Positions 41,489 to 53,343 are shown, numbered from the stretch's first letter. The stretch is DNA of 64,000 nucleotides from Syntrophales bacterium (GCA_052144335.1 JBKQQP010000071.1:20310-84309), one strand, 5' to 3'. The notes: generated by a model not told the origin, from the sequence alone. Numbers and translations are program-made.

Positions 41489-42598
41489 ATGTTCAGACAG
41501 AGATCTGTGCTTGAAGAAATGTTTGCCACGACAGGCATTACCATCAATGGCAACAGTCCATGGGATATGCACGTAAGAGACGAACGTATTTTCCCGCGGC
41601 TCCTGCAGGACAAGAGTTTAGGTCTCGGTGAGTCATACATGGAGGGATGGTGGGAATGCCGGCAATTGGATGAATTCGTTTGTAAGATTTTGACGGCCGG
41701 ATTGGAAAAAAGGATCAAAGACAACCTCAAGCTGCTCGTACCCGCCCTATCAGCCATGCTTTTCAATATGCAGTCGAGGATACGCTCCCGCGTTGTTGCC
41801 GAACAGCATTATGATCTTGATAACGAACTGTTCATGTCATTTCTCGATCCTTACAATCAGTATAGCTGTGCGTATTTTGATGGAACGGAAAACTTAAACG
41901 AAGCACAGCTCAAAAAAATGGACATGACTTGCAGAAAGCTTAATCTCGGCAAAGATGATAACGTCCTGGACATCGGCTGTGGCTGGGGAGGATTGGCGAA
42001 GTACATGGCTGAACGCTATGGCTGCAAAGTCACGGCCATCAACATATCCGAAAAGCAGATCAGCTATGCAAGAGAATTCTGTAAAGACCTGCCTGTTGAG
42101 ATTCTCCAATGTGATTACCGTGATCTCCAGGGTTCATTCGATAAGATAGTATCTGTCGGAATGTTTGAACACGTCGGCTATAAGAACTACAGAACCTTCA
42201 TGAAGGCCGTCCACCGCTGTCTCAAAGACGCCGGCATTTTCCTTTTGCATACCATCGGCGGCAACGAATCCCAGATAAAGTGCGATCCCTGGATGAATAA
42301 ATACATATTTCCCAATGGCATGCTGCCCAGCATTTCTCAGATCAGCAAGGCTGCCGAAGGTCTTTTCATTACGGAAGACCTGCATAACTTAGGACCCCAC
42401 TATGAAAAAACACTCATAGCCTGGCATGCAAACTTTCAGAACGCATGGGCCACGCTGAAAAAGAGATACGATGAGAAGTTCAAGCGCATGTGGGATTATT
42501 ATCTCTTGTCCTGTGCAGGCGCGTTCCGTGCAAGGAACATTCAGATCTGGCAGCTTGTATTTACCAAATACGGCACCCTCCAGCCTTCGTTGAGATAG
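41489..42598 (+). CDS. cfa: cyclopropane-fatty-acyl-phospholipid synthase
   Basis: HYDLDNELFMSFLDPYNQYSCAYF...VLDIGCGWGGLAKYMAERYG...SVGMFEHVG. Confidence 0.92.
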   Translation: MFRQRSVLEEMFATTGITINGNSPWDMHVRDERIFPRLLQDKSLGLGESYMEGWWECRQLDEFVCKILTAGLEKRIKDNLKLLVPALSAMLFNMQSRIRSRVVAEQHYDLDNELFMSFLDPYNQYSCAYFDGTENLNEAQLKKMDMTCRKLNLGKDDNVLDIGCGWGGLAKYMAERYGCKVTAINISEKQISYAREFCKDLPVEILQCDYRDLQGSFDKIVSVGMFEHVGYKNYRTFMKAVHRCLKDAGIFLLHTIGGNESQIKCDPWMNKYIFPNGMLPSISQISKAAEGLFITEDLHNLGPHYEKTLIAWHANFQNAWATLKKRYDEKFKRMWDYYLLSCAGAFRARNIQIWQLVFTKYGTLQPSLR

Positions 42599-42818
42599 AA
42601 GGTGTTTTCAGCAAGCACTCCTTCCTGTGCTAAACAGTCTGAGGAATTCGGTAAAGGTAATCTCTTTCAAGGTGAAATAACCACAGTTCAGATTCTTCTT
42701 GATAAATAAAACGCGAAGAAATAAATGAAAGAAGAGACTGGTCATGAGCCGGCAAGAAATTTAGAGAGAGATCGAAAAGTCATCCGGAGTTGGACTTATG
42801 GACAAACCGGAGGGGCGC

Positions 42819-43484
42819 ATGAGTGAAGAGCAACATATTACGATAACCATATCGAGACAGATGGGAAGCGGCGGTCCGTATATAGGTCATCTGGCGGCAA
42901 AAGAGCTAGGCTTCAAATATTTTGACAGGGAGATATTGAGACAAGCCGCAGAACATTTTGAAACAGATGTGAGGATGCTGGAAGACATTGGTGAAAGATC
43001 GCCAGGCCTTATCGAAACCATTATCAAAGGATTCTCGTTCGTGACACCCCCGGGGGGAACTCTACAACCGATGAGACCACCTGTCTACAGGAGGGATCTG
43101 TTCACCCTGGAGTGCAAGATCATCGAAGGCATCGCGGCTCAGTTTAATGCCGTCATCATAGGACGTGGCGGCTTCTACGCACTGAGAGACAGACCTGGCG
43201 TGCTTCATGTATTCATCCACGCTCCCAGGGAATTTCGGGTTAAACGAGTCATGCAGATGCAGAATATCACCGACATCCGGAAAGCGCGCAATAAAGTCAA
43301 AGATTCAGACCAGAGCAGGACCAAGTACATCCGGGACATGGCAGGCGTCGATTGGATAGACTCACGCAATTTTCACCTTTGCATCGACTCAAGCTTTGTC
43401 GGTTTCCGTGAGAGTGCAAAAATGATCGCCAGCCTTGCTAAGAAAATTAAACTCTCAGATCAGGCCACTGGGAAGGCGGATTGA
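42819..43484 (+). CDS. cytidylate-kinase-like family protein
   Basis: ITISRQMGSGGPYIGHLAAKELGFKYFDREIL. GGAGGGG precedes ATG 42819. Confidence 0.7.
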   Translation: MSEEQHITITISRQMGSGGPYIGHLAAKELGFKYFDREILRQAAEHFETDVRMLEDIGERSPGLIETIIKGFSFVTPPGGTLQPMRPPVYRRDLFTLECKIIEGIAAQFNAVIIGRGGFYALRDRPGVLHVFIHAPREFRVKRVMQMQNITDIRKARNKVKDSDQSRTKYIRDMAGVDWIDSRNFHLCIDSSFVGFRESAKMIASLAKKIKLSDQATGKAD

Positions 43485-43630
43485 GCATTGGATCTCGAAC
43501 TGAAGGATGCGCAAGGAAATGTCCACAGTATTATCCACGGTAACTTTCAGTTGAGAAGATCGTGAGATGCTCAGTTTCCTCATCTCATACGAGAATATTT
43601 GTGAATGCACAGAGTGAAAGTGGGTTCCCG

Positions 43631-44149
43631 ATGAGTTTGCCGCGCCAACTGCAAGAAGAAGAGATCGTCGACCTCTTGAACCGTTGCTGGATGACGCACG
43701 ACGGGATGTGGTTCTATCATTGCTTAAAGAACTTCGGCATAGAAAAGGCGAATGATCTGAATAAAGCAGCAATACAATCACTAGCGCCGCTGGAGATCGA
43801 CAGAATTACGAATTCCCTCGGAATCGAGAAACGGATTGATAATTTCCACGAGTTCAAAGACTTCTTTGCCGCCGCCTCCCATTTATTTATACCGGCTTTT
43901 ATGAATATTACCATATCCTTCCCGAGGGAAAATACGCTCCACTGGGAATTTAAACCGGGGAACTGCTTCGCATACAAAGGAATAAAAAGAATAGGGGCGA
44001 TTGATCAATATGAATGTGGGGTCATATACAGGCTTCAATGCTGGTTTGACAGCCTGGGGCTCAAGTACGATCTAGCACCCCAGGTGTTGAGATGTCTGAT
44101 GCTTGACGGGGGTGTATGTCAGGGAAGTTTTAATTTTTATTTTACGTGA
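43631..44149 (+). CDS. hypothetical cytosolic protein (possibly DUF6125-like)
   Basis: LLNRCWMTHDGMWFYHCLKNFGIEKANDLNKAAI. Family assignment from memory only. Confidence 0.45.
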   Translation: MSLPRQLQEEEIVDLLNRCWMTHDGMWFYHCLKNFGIEKANDLNKAAIQSLAPLEIDRITNSLGIEKRIDNFHEFKDFFAAASHLFIPAFMNITISFPRENTLHWEFKPGNCFAYKGIKRIGAIDQYECGVIYRLQCWFDSLGLKYDLAPQVLRCLMLDGGVCQGSFNFYFT

Positions 44150-44182
44150 AGCGCCGATAGGGCAACTTAGAGCCTGCCTTTC

Positions 44183-44698
44183 CTACGAAGGCAATTCAAT
44201 TTTCGCATACGTCCTGAAATAGTATCTGATAAATTTTAGTTTCCCACTTTCGCTCATCATCATGAATTTCCCGAACTCCGCCATATCCTCTTTTCCTCGA
44301 CCATGTATCTGGACATCACTATTTTCAAGTTTACCAAATATGTGAGCGTGGAATAGAAAAACCTCCTCCCCACTTCTCAATTGCGCGGTATGACAGGTCA
44401 CATAACAGTTTTTAGCAAGTTCGTAGATGCCTTCCAGGTCTATGTTCTTGACGTTTTGGTTATACTCCTTATCGAAATTTTCTTTTGCCAGGCTGTTTAT
44501 CTTTTTTACCAAGGTCTCTTTATCCGTTGTTCCATCCTTAGCGGAAAGAAAGAGCTGGTAAAGAAAAGCATCATCTAATGATTTCTGTTGATCTTGGGCA
44601 CAGATCATTGATGCACCGGCAAGCAGGAAAATAACGGAAAATGGAATTAATAAGCGAATCAGTTTATGCATATCTTTGCTCCTTGTCATCGTGTCCAA
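44183..44698 (-). CDS. secreted hypothetical protein
   Basis: The ORF has a TM/signal segment (LIRLLIPFSVIFLLAGASMICA). No recognisable domain. Confidence 0.45.
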   Translation of the reverse strand: MDTMTRSKDMHKLIRLLIPFSVIFLLAGASMICAQDQQKSLDDAFLYQLFLSAKDGTTDKETLVKKINSLAKENFDKEYNQNVKNIDLEGIYELAKNCYVTCHTAQLRSGEEVFLFHAHIFGKLENSDVQIHGRGKEDMAEFGKFMMMSESGKLKFIRYYFRTYAKIELPS

Positions 44699-44766
44699 TC
44701 CTATTATGCGTATCTGTGACTCTTAATTATCCGGTAAAAGTTGCCAAGTTGTCTCTTGTATCACAC

Positions 44767-45468
44767 TTATTTCGTATCCACAAATTTATACCCTATCCCC
44801 CTGACGGTCAGGATATACTGCGGCTTATCCTTGTCCTTTTCTATAGCCAACCTCAGACGGCTGATATGGACATCCACCGTGCGGGGTTCAACGAATGTCT
44901 CGTCACCCCAGACATAGTCCAGAAGCTGATCCCTGGTGTAAACCCGGCCGGGATGCTCTGTGAGGAATCGCAACAGTTTTAATTCTGTCGGACCAAGCTC
45001 GACCTTTCCCCCATCTACGGTAACATCATATGACCTGTAATCAAATCGGAGTCCCCTGTATGCGAACTGTTCCTTCTTATCCAAATCGGGACGATCCTCC
45101 GTTCTCCGGAGGACCGCATGGATTCTGGCAATTAGTTCCCTCACATTGAACGGCTTGGTAATGTAATCGTCCGCACCCATCTCCAGGCCCAGTATCTTAT
45201 CCACCTGATCGCCTTTAGCCGTGAGCATGATAATCGGCAGCGTTTCTATTTCCGGATTCTTTCGGATAAAGTTGCATACCTCTAATCCTCTCATGCCGGG
45301 CAGCATGAGGTCGAGAATGACCAGATCCGGTCTTTTCTCATCAACCAGTTTGAGGGCCCTTTCTCCATCGTACGCCTTGAGGGCTGTAAACCCCTCCTTT
45401 TCAAGATTATAACTGATAAGATCGACGATGTCTTTTTCGTCATCAACAATAAGAATTTTTTTTGGCAT
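44767..45468 (-). CDS. OmpR/PhoB-family response regulator
   Basis: MPKKILIVDDEKDIVDLISYNL...DLVILDLMLPG...C-terminal winged helix ILTVRGIGYKF. Start set at the internal MPKK, 3 nt after the radA stop. Confidence 0.9.
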   Translation of the reverse strand: MPKKILIVDDEKDIVDLISYNLEKEGFTALKAYDGERALKLVDEKRPDLVILDLMLPGMRGLEVCNFIRKNPEIETLPIIMLTAKGDQVDKILGLEMGADDYITKPFNVRELIARIHAVLRRTEDRPDLDKKEQFAYRGLRFDYRSYDVTVDGGKVELGPTELKLLRFLTEHPGRVYTRDQLLDYVWGDETFVEPRTVDVHISRLRLAIEKDKDKPQYILTVRGIGYKFVDTK

Positions 45469-45470
45469 AA

Positions 45471-46844
45471 TTAGAAGATGCACTCCAGCAGTTGTTTTAG
45501 ACTGTTGATTCTGATGCACTCCATCTTTTTTTCCGCAAATCCGTTTCGGGAAGAGGTCTGGGGAACGATGCACCGCACAAATCCCATGCGGGCCGCCTCC
45601 TTGATTCTAATGTCCATCTGGGAGATCCCCCTCACCTCGCCTGCCAGGCCCACTTCACCGAAGACCACCGTGCCTTTATCAATAGGTCTATCGAGAAAAC
45701 TGGAGGACATGGAGGCAACAATTCCCAGGTCAATTCCCGGCTCGTCCACCTTCATGCCGCCTGCCACATTGATAAAGATATCATGCCCGCTGAGACGAAA
45801 ACCGCACATCTTATCCATGACGGCGGCGAGCAAGGCTACCCGATTGTGGTCCACACCGATGGTCGTCCTCCGCGGCATACCGAAATTACTCGGATTGACC
45901 AGTGACTGGATCTCTATAAGGATCGGCCTGGTGCCTTCGATACTCGGCACAACCACGGAACCCGGCGCCCCTTCCGGCCGTTCTGTCAGAAAGAATGCCG
46001 AGGGGTTAGCAACTTCATTTAAACCGTTACTTCTCATTTCAAAGACGCCGATTTCATTGGTCGGCCCGAATCTATTCTTCATGGCCCTGATGATACGGTA
46101 TGCATGACTGGAATCGCCCTCGAAGTAGAGCACTGTATCCACCATATGTTCCAGCACCTTCGGGCCTGCTATAGAGCCATCCTTGGTCACGTGCCCGACA
46201 AGAAAGATGGGAATGCCGGTTTTTTTTGCAAGGATAATGAGACGCGCCGATGACTCCCTGACCTGTCCAACGCTTCCCGGCGCAGACGTGAGGACTGGTG
46301 AATACATGGTCTGAATGGAGTCAATTACCACAACCCTCGGTGATATTTCTTTAATATATTTGACGATGTTATCCAGGTCGATCTCAACCAGGATGAAAAG
46401 ATTTTTTGATGAGGCCCCGATCCTTCTGCCCCGGAGCTTTATCTGCTTTGCCGATTCCTCACCTGAGATATAGAGAATCTTCAAATCTTTTTCGGCGAGA
46501 TTGTGGACCACCTGAAGAAGCAGCGTCGATTTGCCGATGCCTGGGTCGCCGCCGACGAGAGTAACCGATCCGTTTACTATACCCCCGCCCAGAACCCTGT
46601 CCATTTCCACTATTCCCGTAGTCACCCTTTCTTTTTCATCAGCAACGATTTCGTCGATGGGCAGGGGAGCTTCGTTAAACGGGATGCCTGCGGGGCCCGC
46701 GGGATCGACAGCCCTTATTTCTTCCTCTGCAAATCGGTTCCATTCATCACACGAGGGACACTTGCCCAGCCATTTTAGTGATTGGTGGCCACAGTTCTGA
46801 CAAAAAAATGCGGTTTTAATCTTTTTCAATGAGAAAATCCCCAT
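45471..46844 (-). CDS. radA: DNA repair protein RadA
   Basis: FFCQNCGHQSLKWLGKCPSCDEWN zinc finger, GGDPGIGKSTLLLQ Walker A, KNRFGPTNEIGVFEM, and a Lon-like C-terminus. Confidence 0.95.
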   Translation of the reverse strand: MGIFSLKKIKTAFFCQNCGHQSLKWLGKCPSCDEWNRFAEEEIRAVDPAGPAGIPFNEAPLPIDEIVADEKERVTTGIVEMDRVLGGGIVNGSVTLVGGDPGIGKSTLLLQVVHNLAEKDLKILYISGEESAKQIKLRGRRIGASSKNLFILVEIDLDNIVKYIKEISPRVVVIDSIQTMYSPVLTSAPGSVGQVRESSARLIILAKKTGIPIFLVGHVTKDGSIAGPKVLEHMVDTVLYFEGDSSHAYRIIRAMKNRFGPTNEIGVFEMRSNGLNEVANPSAFFLTERPEGAPGSVVVPSIEGTRPILIEIQSLVNPSNFGMPRRTTIGVDHNRVALLAAVMDKMCGFRLSGHDIFINVAGGMKVDEPGIDLGIVASMSSSFLDRPIDKGTVVFGEVGLAGEVRGISQMDIRIKEAARMGFVRCIVPQTSSRNGFAEKKMECIRINSLKQLLECIF

Positions 46845-46983
46845 ACTCAGTTCTAATGTCACATAAACATATGTTTTTTTAGCCCATCAGTCAATACGAA
46901 AGCAATTCAAAAAATCTTGAGTAATCATATCAATGCTGATATATTTCAACGTCTGTTAAAAAAAAATTGGGAGATGGTTAAAT

Positions 46984-48111
46984 ATGCATAATCCAAATTT
47001 TAGTTCCGGCCCTTGCAGCAAGAGGCCCAATTGGAGTCTTGAACTTCTCAAGAACGCCGCCGTCGGCAGGTCCCATCGCTCGTCCCTGGGGAAAGAAAAA
47101 CTGGCAAAGGCCATCGCCGAAAGCAGGGAGATCTTGGGCATCCCAAAGGATTACCTCGTCGGAATAATGCCCGGATCGGACACGGGCGCTTTCGAAGCGG
47201 CCATGTGGACCCTCTTAGGGTCCAGGCCTGTTACCGTACTGGTCTGGGAGAGCTTTTCCGAGGGCTGGGCGACGGATATTACCAAACATTTGAAGCTGAA
47301 CCCCACTATCCTGAAAGCTGATTACGGCAGAATACCGGATCTCACGTCAGTCAACTGGTCCAACGATGTGGTCTTCGTCGCGAATGGAACGACCAGTGGC
47401 GTAAGAATCCCCGACTGGAACTGGATTCCGAAGGATCGTGAGGGCTTATCCATCTGCGACGCTACAAGCGCTGTTTTCGCAATGAATATCGACTGGTCAA
47501 AAGTGGACGTACTGACTTACTCCTGGCAAAAATGCCTGGGTGGCGAAGGAGCCCATGGCGTGCTCATACTAAGCCCGAAAGCCATACAGCGTGTAGAGAC
47601 TTACGATCCACCATGGCCTCTTCCCAAAGTGTTCCGGATGAAAAAAGGCGGCAAGATTGATAAGGCGATCTTCGAAGGTGACACCATCAATACGCCCTCT
47701 ATGCTCTGTGTAGAAGACTACCTTGACGCCCTCAAATGGGCAAAGGTAATAGGACTGGCCGGTCTCATAGAGAGGAGTGAGAAAAACCTTAAGGCGATTG
47801 AAGACTGGGTGGGGAAAAATGATTGGATCGATTTCCTTGCGGCCTCAAAGGAGACACGTTCGAGCACATCCGTATGTCTCTCGGTAACCGGTGAAAAAGT
47901 GCGTAAGCTCCCTAAGGACGATCAGGCAAAGTTCTTGAAGAGCATTGCCAGCGAACTCTCCAAGAAAAATATCGCGCACGATATAAATTCTTACAGAGAT
48001 GCACCGCCGGGATTCCGTTTCTGGTGCGGCCCGACGATCGAGCCGGAAGATATTAAAGATGCCTTGGCAGAAATGGCAAAGGTATATAATCAAAAAATTA
48101 AAGAATTATGA
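46984..48111 (+). CDS. serC: phosphoserine aminotransferase (actinobacterial/long type)
   Basis: [13 protein letters not shown]...GRSHRS...[10 protein letters not shown]. Adjacent to serA. Confidence 0.85.
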   Translation: MHNPNFSSGPCSKRPNWSLELLKNAAVGRSHRSSLGKEKLAKAIAESREILGIPKDYLVGIMPGSDTGAFEAAMWTLLGSRPVTVLVWESFSEGWATDITKHLKLNPTILKADYGRIPDLTSVNWSNDVVFVANGTTSGVRIPDWNWIPKDREGLSICDATSAVFAMNIDWSKVDVLTYSWQKCLGGEGAHGVLILSPKAIQRVETYDPPWPLPKVFRMKKGGKIDKAIFEGDTINTPSMLCVEDYLDALKWAKVIGLAGLIERSEKNLKAIEDWVGKNDWIDFLAASKETRSSTSVCLSVTGEKVRKLPKDDQAKFLKSIASELSKKNIAHDINSYRDAPPGFRFWCGPTIEPEDIKDALAEMAKVYNQKIKEL

Positions 48112-48165
48112 TCTCTTTTGGATCATCAGGATATCTCATTAATTAAATTCAGGAGGATGACAAAT

Positions 48166-49749
48166 ATGAAGAAAGTGCTCATAAGCGATACCTTGGCTGC
48201 CGAGGGCATTGAAATACTGAAGAACGCACCGGAGCTTGAGGTTGATGTGATGACAAACCTCACGCCGGATGAACTCAAGGGTATCATTAAGGATTATGAC
48301 GGCCTAGCCATCAGGAGCGCCACAAAGGTCACCAAGGAGATCATCGACCACGCAGAGAAGCTCTCTGTAATCGGGCGGGCGGGAATAGGCCTTGATAATG
48401 TGGACATTGCCGCCGCGAGCAAGAGGGGCATCGTCTGCATGAATACTCCCGGAGGTAACACGATCACCACGGGTGAACATACCATTGCCATGATGTTTTC
48501 CCTCGCGAGAAAAATACCTCAGGCCACTGCTTCCATGAAAGAGGGAAAGTGGGAAAAAAATAAATTCATGGGTACGGAGCTTTATAACAAGACCCTCGGT
48601 ATCATCGGTATCGGGCGCGTCGGTACTATCGTTGCCGACCGTGCCATGGGTCTGAAGATGAATGTTATCGCCTATGACCCTTTCATCTCGCCGGAGGCCG
48701 CAGGAAAACTTGGGATCACCCTCGTGACCTTGGACGAGCTGCTGCAGAGGTCCCACTTTATCTCCGTCCATACGCCCATGACGAAAGAGACAAGGGGCAT
48801 TATCAATGCCAAGGCATTTGACAAGATGAGAAAAGGCGTTTTTGTGATAAATTGCGCTCGTGGCGGAATCATCAGTGAAAAGGACCTCTATGACGCCCTC
48901 CTCTCAGGAAAAGTTGCCGGCGCCGCCCTCGATGTTTTCGAAGAAGAGCCGACAAAAAATAAAGAGCTCCTTGCTCTCGGCAACGTCATATGCACGCCCC
49001 ATCTGGGTGCGTCGACCGACGAAGCCCAGATCAATGTGGCCATCGCCATAGCCGAGCAGATCGTGAACTTTCTCACCAAAGGAGAAATTAAGAATGCCGT
49101 TAATTTCCCTTCTGTCAGCGCCGAACTGCTGACTGTTATCCAGCCTTACCTGGACCTCGCGGAAAAAATGGGGACGTTCGAGGCGCAACTGGTTAAGGGC
49201 GGCATCAAAGAGGTTACGGTGGAGTACAGCGGAGATATCCTGAATTACAATGTCGCGCCCATAACGATTTCCCTGCTCAAGGGCCTTCTGACACCCATCC
49301 TGAATGAGAATGTTAACTATATAAACGCGCCCCTCATCGCCAAAGAACGCGGCATCAGGGTTGTAGAGTCAAAGAGCAGCGAGTCGAAAGATTATACGAG
49401 CATGATATCACTGACCGTCAAAACAGCCCAAGAGGCGGCCTATGCGGCAGGCACAATCTTCGGTCGACAGGATCTTAGAATCGTCAGGGCCAACAAATTC
49501 ACTGTCGAGGTGATCCCGGAAGGGCATATGCTGGTAGTATCAAACTACGATAAACCCGGAGTCATCGGCAATCTTGGCGCAACCCTGGGAAACAACAACG
49601 TCAATATTGCGAGACTCCACTTGAGCCGTGAGCAGATCGACGGAGAGGCGCTCGTAGTCCTAACAACGGACACGATGGTGAATCGGGATGTCCTCGATAA
49701 GCTCCGGAATCTTCCCAATATCATCTCCGTTACGCAGCTGGAGATGTAG
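48166..49749 (+). CDS. serA: D-3-phosphoglycerate dehydrogenase (with ACT domain)
   Basis: MKKVLISDTLA...GIIGIGRVGTIVA...INCARGGII...PHLGAST. AGGAGG precedes ATG 48166. Confidence 0.95.
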   Translation: MKKVLISDTLAAEGIEILKNAPELEVDVMTNLTPDELKGIIKDYDGLAIRSATKVTKEIIDHAEKLSVIGRAGIGLDNVDIAAASKRGIVCMNTPGGNTITTGEHTIAMMFSLARKIPQATASMKEGKWEKNKFMGTELYNKTLGIIGIGRVGTIVADRAMGLKMNVIAYDPFISPEAAGKLGITLVTLDELLQRSHFISVHTPMTKETRGIINAKAFDKMRKGVFVINCARGGIISEKDLYDALLSGKVAGAALDVFEEEPTKNKELLALGNVICTPHLGASTDEAQINVAIAIAEQIVNFLTKGEIKNAVNFPSVSAELLTVIQPYLDLAEKMGTFEAQLVKGGIKEVTVEYSGDILNYNVAPITISLLKGLLTPILNENVNYINAPLIAKERGIRVVESKSSESKDYTSMISLTVKTAQEAAYAAGTIFGRQDLRIVRANKFTVEVIPEGHMLVVSNYDKPGVIGNLGATLGNNNVNIARLHLSREQIDGEALVVLTTDTMVNRDVLDKLRNLPNIISVTQLEM

Positions 49750-51063
<1,314 letters not shown>

Positions 51064-51133
51064 CAGCTTTTTCTCTTGACAATTCCAGAGTCTTCTTAGT
51101 AAGAGGGCGAGCTTTAAAAATTATATCATGGGC

Positions 51134-51209
51134 GGGCCGTTAGCTCAGGTGGTAGAGCAGCGGACTTTTAATCCGTTGGTCGGGAGTTCGAGTCTCCTAC
51201 GGCCCACCA
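51134..51209 (+). tRNA. tRNA-Lys (anticodon TTT), CCA encoded
   Basis: Hand-folded as GGGCCGT-TA-GCTC-AGGTGGTA-GAGC-A-GCGGA-CTTTTAA-TCCGT-TGGTC-GGGAG-TTCGAGT-CTCCT-ACGGCCC-A-CCA, 76 nt. Confidence 0.95.
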
Positions 51210-51255
51210 GTAAATACAAGCATTTCCATAACTTTTCCAAAACAGCCATTTCACG

Positions 51256-51278
51256 AAACCTCGCCAAACCTCGCCAAA
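51256..51278. repeat. 10-bp tandem repeat AAACCTCGCC x2.3
   Basis: Read directly as gAAACCTCGCCAAACCTCGCCAAAtt, 47 nt after the tRNA-Lys end. Confidence 0.9.
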
Positions 51279-51373
51279 TTGAACCCTTCTGCAGGCAAAA
51301 TGCATACAAAAATAACGGCGCCGGATGCCTGTCCTTGTCCCTTCCCTTCTTCCTATGTTGCTTTAAAATAATA

Positions 51374-51392
51374 CTTGACAGCTTGACAGCTT
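51374..51392. repeat. 8-bp tandem repeat CTTGACAG x2.4 (duplicated -35-like TTGACA) upstream of the recombinase gene
   Basis: Read directly as taCTTGACAGCTTGACAGCTTtatgacat, about 45 nt upstream of ATG 51436. Confidence 0.9.
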
Positions 51393-51435
51393 TATGACAT
51401 AGAACAATCAAAATCCCGAAACAAGGAGTGAGGAC

Positions 51436-52116
51436 ATGAAAGCTATCGGCTACATCAGAGTGAGCACAGAGGACCAGGCGAGAGAGGGAATAAGTCTCGA
51501 CAACCAGGATAGCAAGGTTAGGGCCTACGCTGACCTACACGGACTTGATCTTGTGGATGTGATACGTGATGAGGGTATATCAGGCAAAAGCCTTGAGAGG
51601 CCCGGCTTTGAGCGTTTGCAAGGCATCCTTAACTCGGGCAAGGCTCAAGCGGTGATCGCGTACAAACTGGACCGCCTATCAAGAAAAACCATCGACATTT
51701 TAACCGTCCTTGAAAATTGGGAAAGACAGGGGATCGCCTTTCATTGCATCCAGGACCGGATCGACACAACGAGCGCGGCGGGCAAGTTCCTTGTCACCAT
51801 CCTTTCAGCATTGGCGCAAATGGAGCGCGATCTCATCTCCGAGAGAACCATTGACGCGCTATCCCACAAAAAGAAAGTTGGGGAATGGTGCGGGCGGATC
51901 CCGTTCGGTTATCGGATCGAGGGGAGCCGGCTTGTTGAGAATCCTGAGGAAATAGAAACCATACAGAAAATAAAGCGGGCGTATCGGAAGGATCGGAGCG
52001 GTAGGCGAAAGACCATGCGAGAGCTTGCAGAGCGGTTCGGGAAGTCCCGGCAGTATATCTGCAAGGCCGTAAATACTCCCATGAAGACCCTGCATGAGAG
52101 GTATTCCGTCAATTAA
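51436..52116 (+). CDS. serine recombinase (resolvase/invertase catalytic domain plus short recombinase-domain-like tail)
   Basis: MKAIGYIRVSTEDQAREGISLDNQ...YKLDRLSRK...LAQMERDLISERT. Tail GRIPFGYRIEGSRLVENPEEIETIQKI resembles the start of the large-serine-recombinase domain, but the protein is only 226 aa. Confidence 0.9.
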   Translation: MKAIGYIRVSTEDQAREGISLDNQDSKVRAYADLHGLDLVDVIRDEGISGKSLERPGFERLQGILNSGKAQAVIAYKLDRLSRKTIDILTVLENWERQGIAFHCIQDRIDTTSAAGKFLVTILSALAQMERDLISERTIDALSHKKKVGEWCGRIPFGYRIEGSRLVENPEEIETIQKIKRAYRKDRSGRRKTMRELAERFGKSRQYICKAVNTPMKTLHERYSVN

Positions 52117-52179
52117 CCGCTCCCTTTAGTGACAGAATGACGGTGAAACCCGCGACAGATAAGGATTTTCAAGAGAATC

Positions 52180-52485
52180 ATGCAAAAGATCATAAAGCAT
52201 ACGGCCCCGCGATCAATGATCATCACCGGGGATACTTCACCTTGCGAGTGTAGCGAATCAGTCACTTGCGCCTATTGCGTCCAGGCGAATCTTCTCTCGA
52301 TGAGAAAGAAATATCAGGCAGAGGACGACGTTGTTAAATCATTTATAAGTTACGTTCATAAGAATGGAGTAAGACCCACAGCCCGCGAAATGGACATAGA
52401 GGAAAAGAGCCTGAGACGATGGATTCAGTCGGGAAATGTACCCGCTATGATTATTGCGAAATTTAAGGAAATACATGCTGCATGA
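52180..52485 (+). CDS. small Cys4 plus HTH-like protein (putative regulator)
   Basis: PCECSESVTCAYC, then TAREMDIEEKSLRRWIQSGNVP (HTH-like). Confidence 0.45.
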   Translation: MQKIIKHTAPRSMIITGDTSPCECSESVTCAYCVQANLLSMRKKYQAEDDVVKSFISYVHKNGVRPTAREMDIEEKSLRRWIQSGNVPAMIIAKFKEIHAA

Positions 52486-52747
52486 GGGTTCTATCATAAA
52501 GCGCATTTTGACCGCAGATAAGATATTGAAATCATTGTTTCTTAAATGGCGGTTTTGGGAGATCTCAGATATTCCAAGAATCTGGTTTTGAAAAGCATTG
52601 TTTTACCATCCCGTAATGTGAGGCCATAAAAGTGAATAACGTAAATAGAAGCCCTCGAGGTCCCGCTGTCCGTAAGGCAGCGGACAGGATGCCTCACATC
52701 CTGGGGATGGCCTTGGGGGTTTCGTAATTTAAGAAAGGAGATGAAGT

Positions 52748-53038
52748 ATGAAAGAGCAAAGGATTGAAAAGAAGGAAGCAGTCGAGGGCATCATTGAAAA
52801 GATCCAGGGATGCACGAGACAGATCAACACATGCCGCGAGAAGGCTTATGTCCTGCAGCAGCTTTTCAACAGCGAGGCCGGAGCTCTCGACACAGAGATC
52901 TCGATCGATCACATAGGGTTGATTCTTTCAGGAGCCGAAACGATCCTGGGCGAGATCGTGGCAGACACCGGCGAGGCAGGCGAGCATCTTTTGAATCTAA
53001 CCTTTTCACAGCTGCTTAAAGCGGAGGTGACAGCATGA
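52748..53038 (+). CDS. hypothetical helical protein
   Basis: AAGGAG precedes the ATG. The stop overlaps the next start (ATGA). No domain recognised. Confidence 0.4.
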   Translation: MKEQRIEKKEAVEGIIEKIQGCTRQINTCREKAYVLQQLFNSEAGALDTEISIDHIGLILSGAETILGEIVADTGEAGEHLLNLTFSQLLKAEVTA

Positions 53039-53337
53039 AGAAAGAGAAGATAAAGATCGACCGGGAAGCTGATTTGAATAGGCTTATGATTTTTAAGCAT
53101 ATCCTTGAGGGCAGTGAATTGTATGGAGTTAATGTTTTCGTGATAATGAAAGCCCTCGGCGATGCCATAAAAAGTCAAAACATGAAACCCGATTTCTTTA
53201 AAAAACGCCTCAAGCTTCACAGCAAAAAAATGGGAGCTACGCTCAAGAAGAATGCTGAAGATTATAAAAAGATTTCTTCCTTCATCGCGGAATGGGAGAG
53301 CGCCATAAGGGAGCGTCGCGGCATTTACGCGGCCTGA
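53035..53337 (+). CDS. hypothetical protein
   Basis: ATGA overlap with the upstream ORF stop. Lys-rich. No domain recognised. Confidence 0.4.
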   Translation: MKKEKIKIDREADLNRLMIFKHILEGSELYGVNVFVIMKALGDAIKSQNMKPDFFKKRLKLHSKKMGATLKKNAEDYKKISSFIAEWESAIRERRGIYAA

Positions 53338-53343
53338 TTCGAG

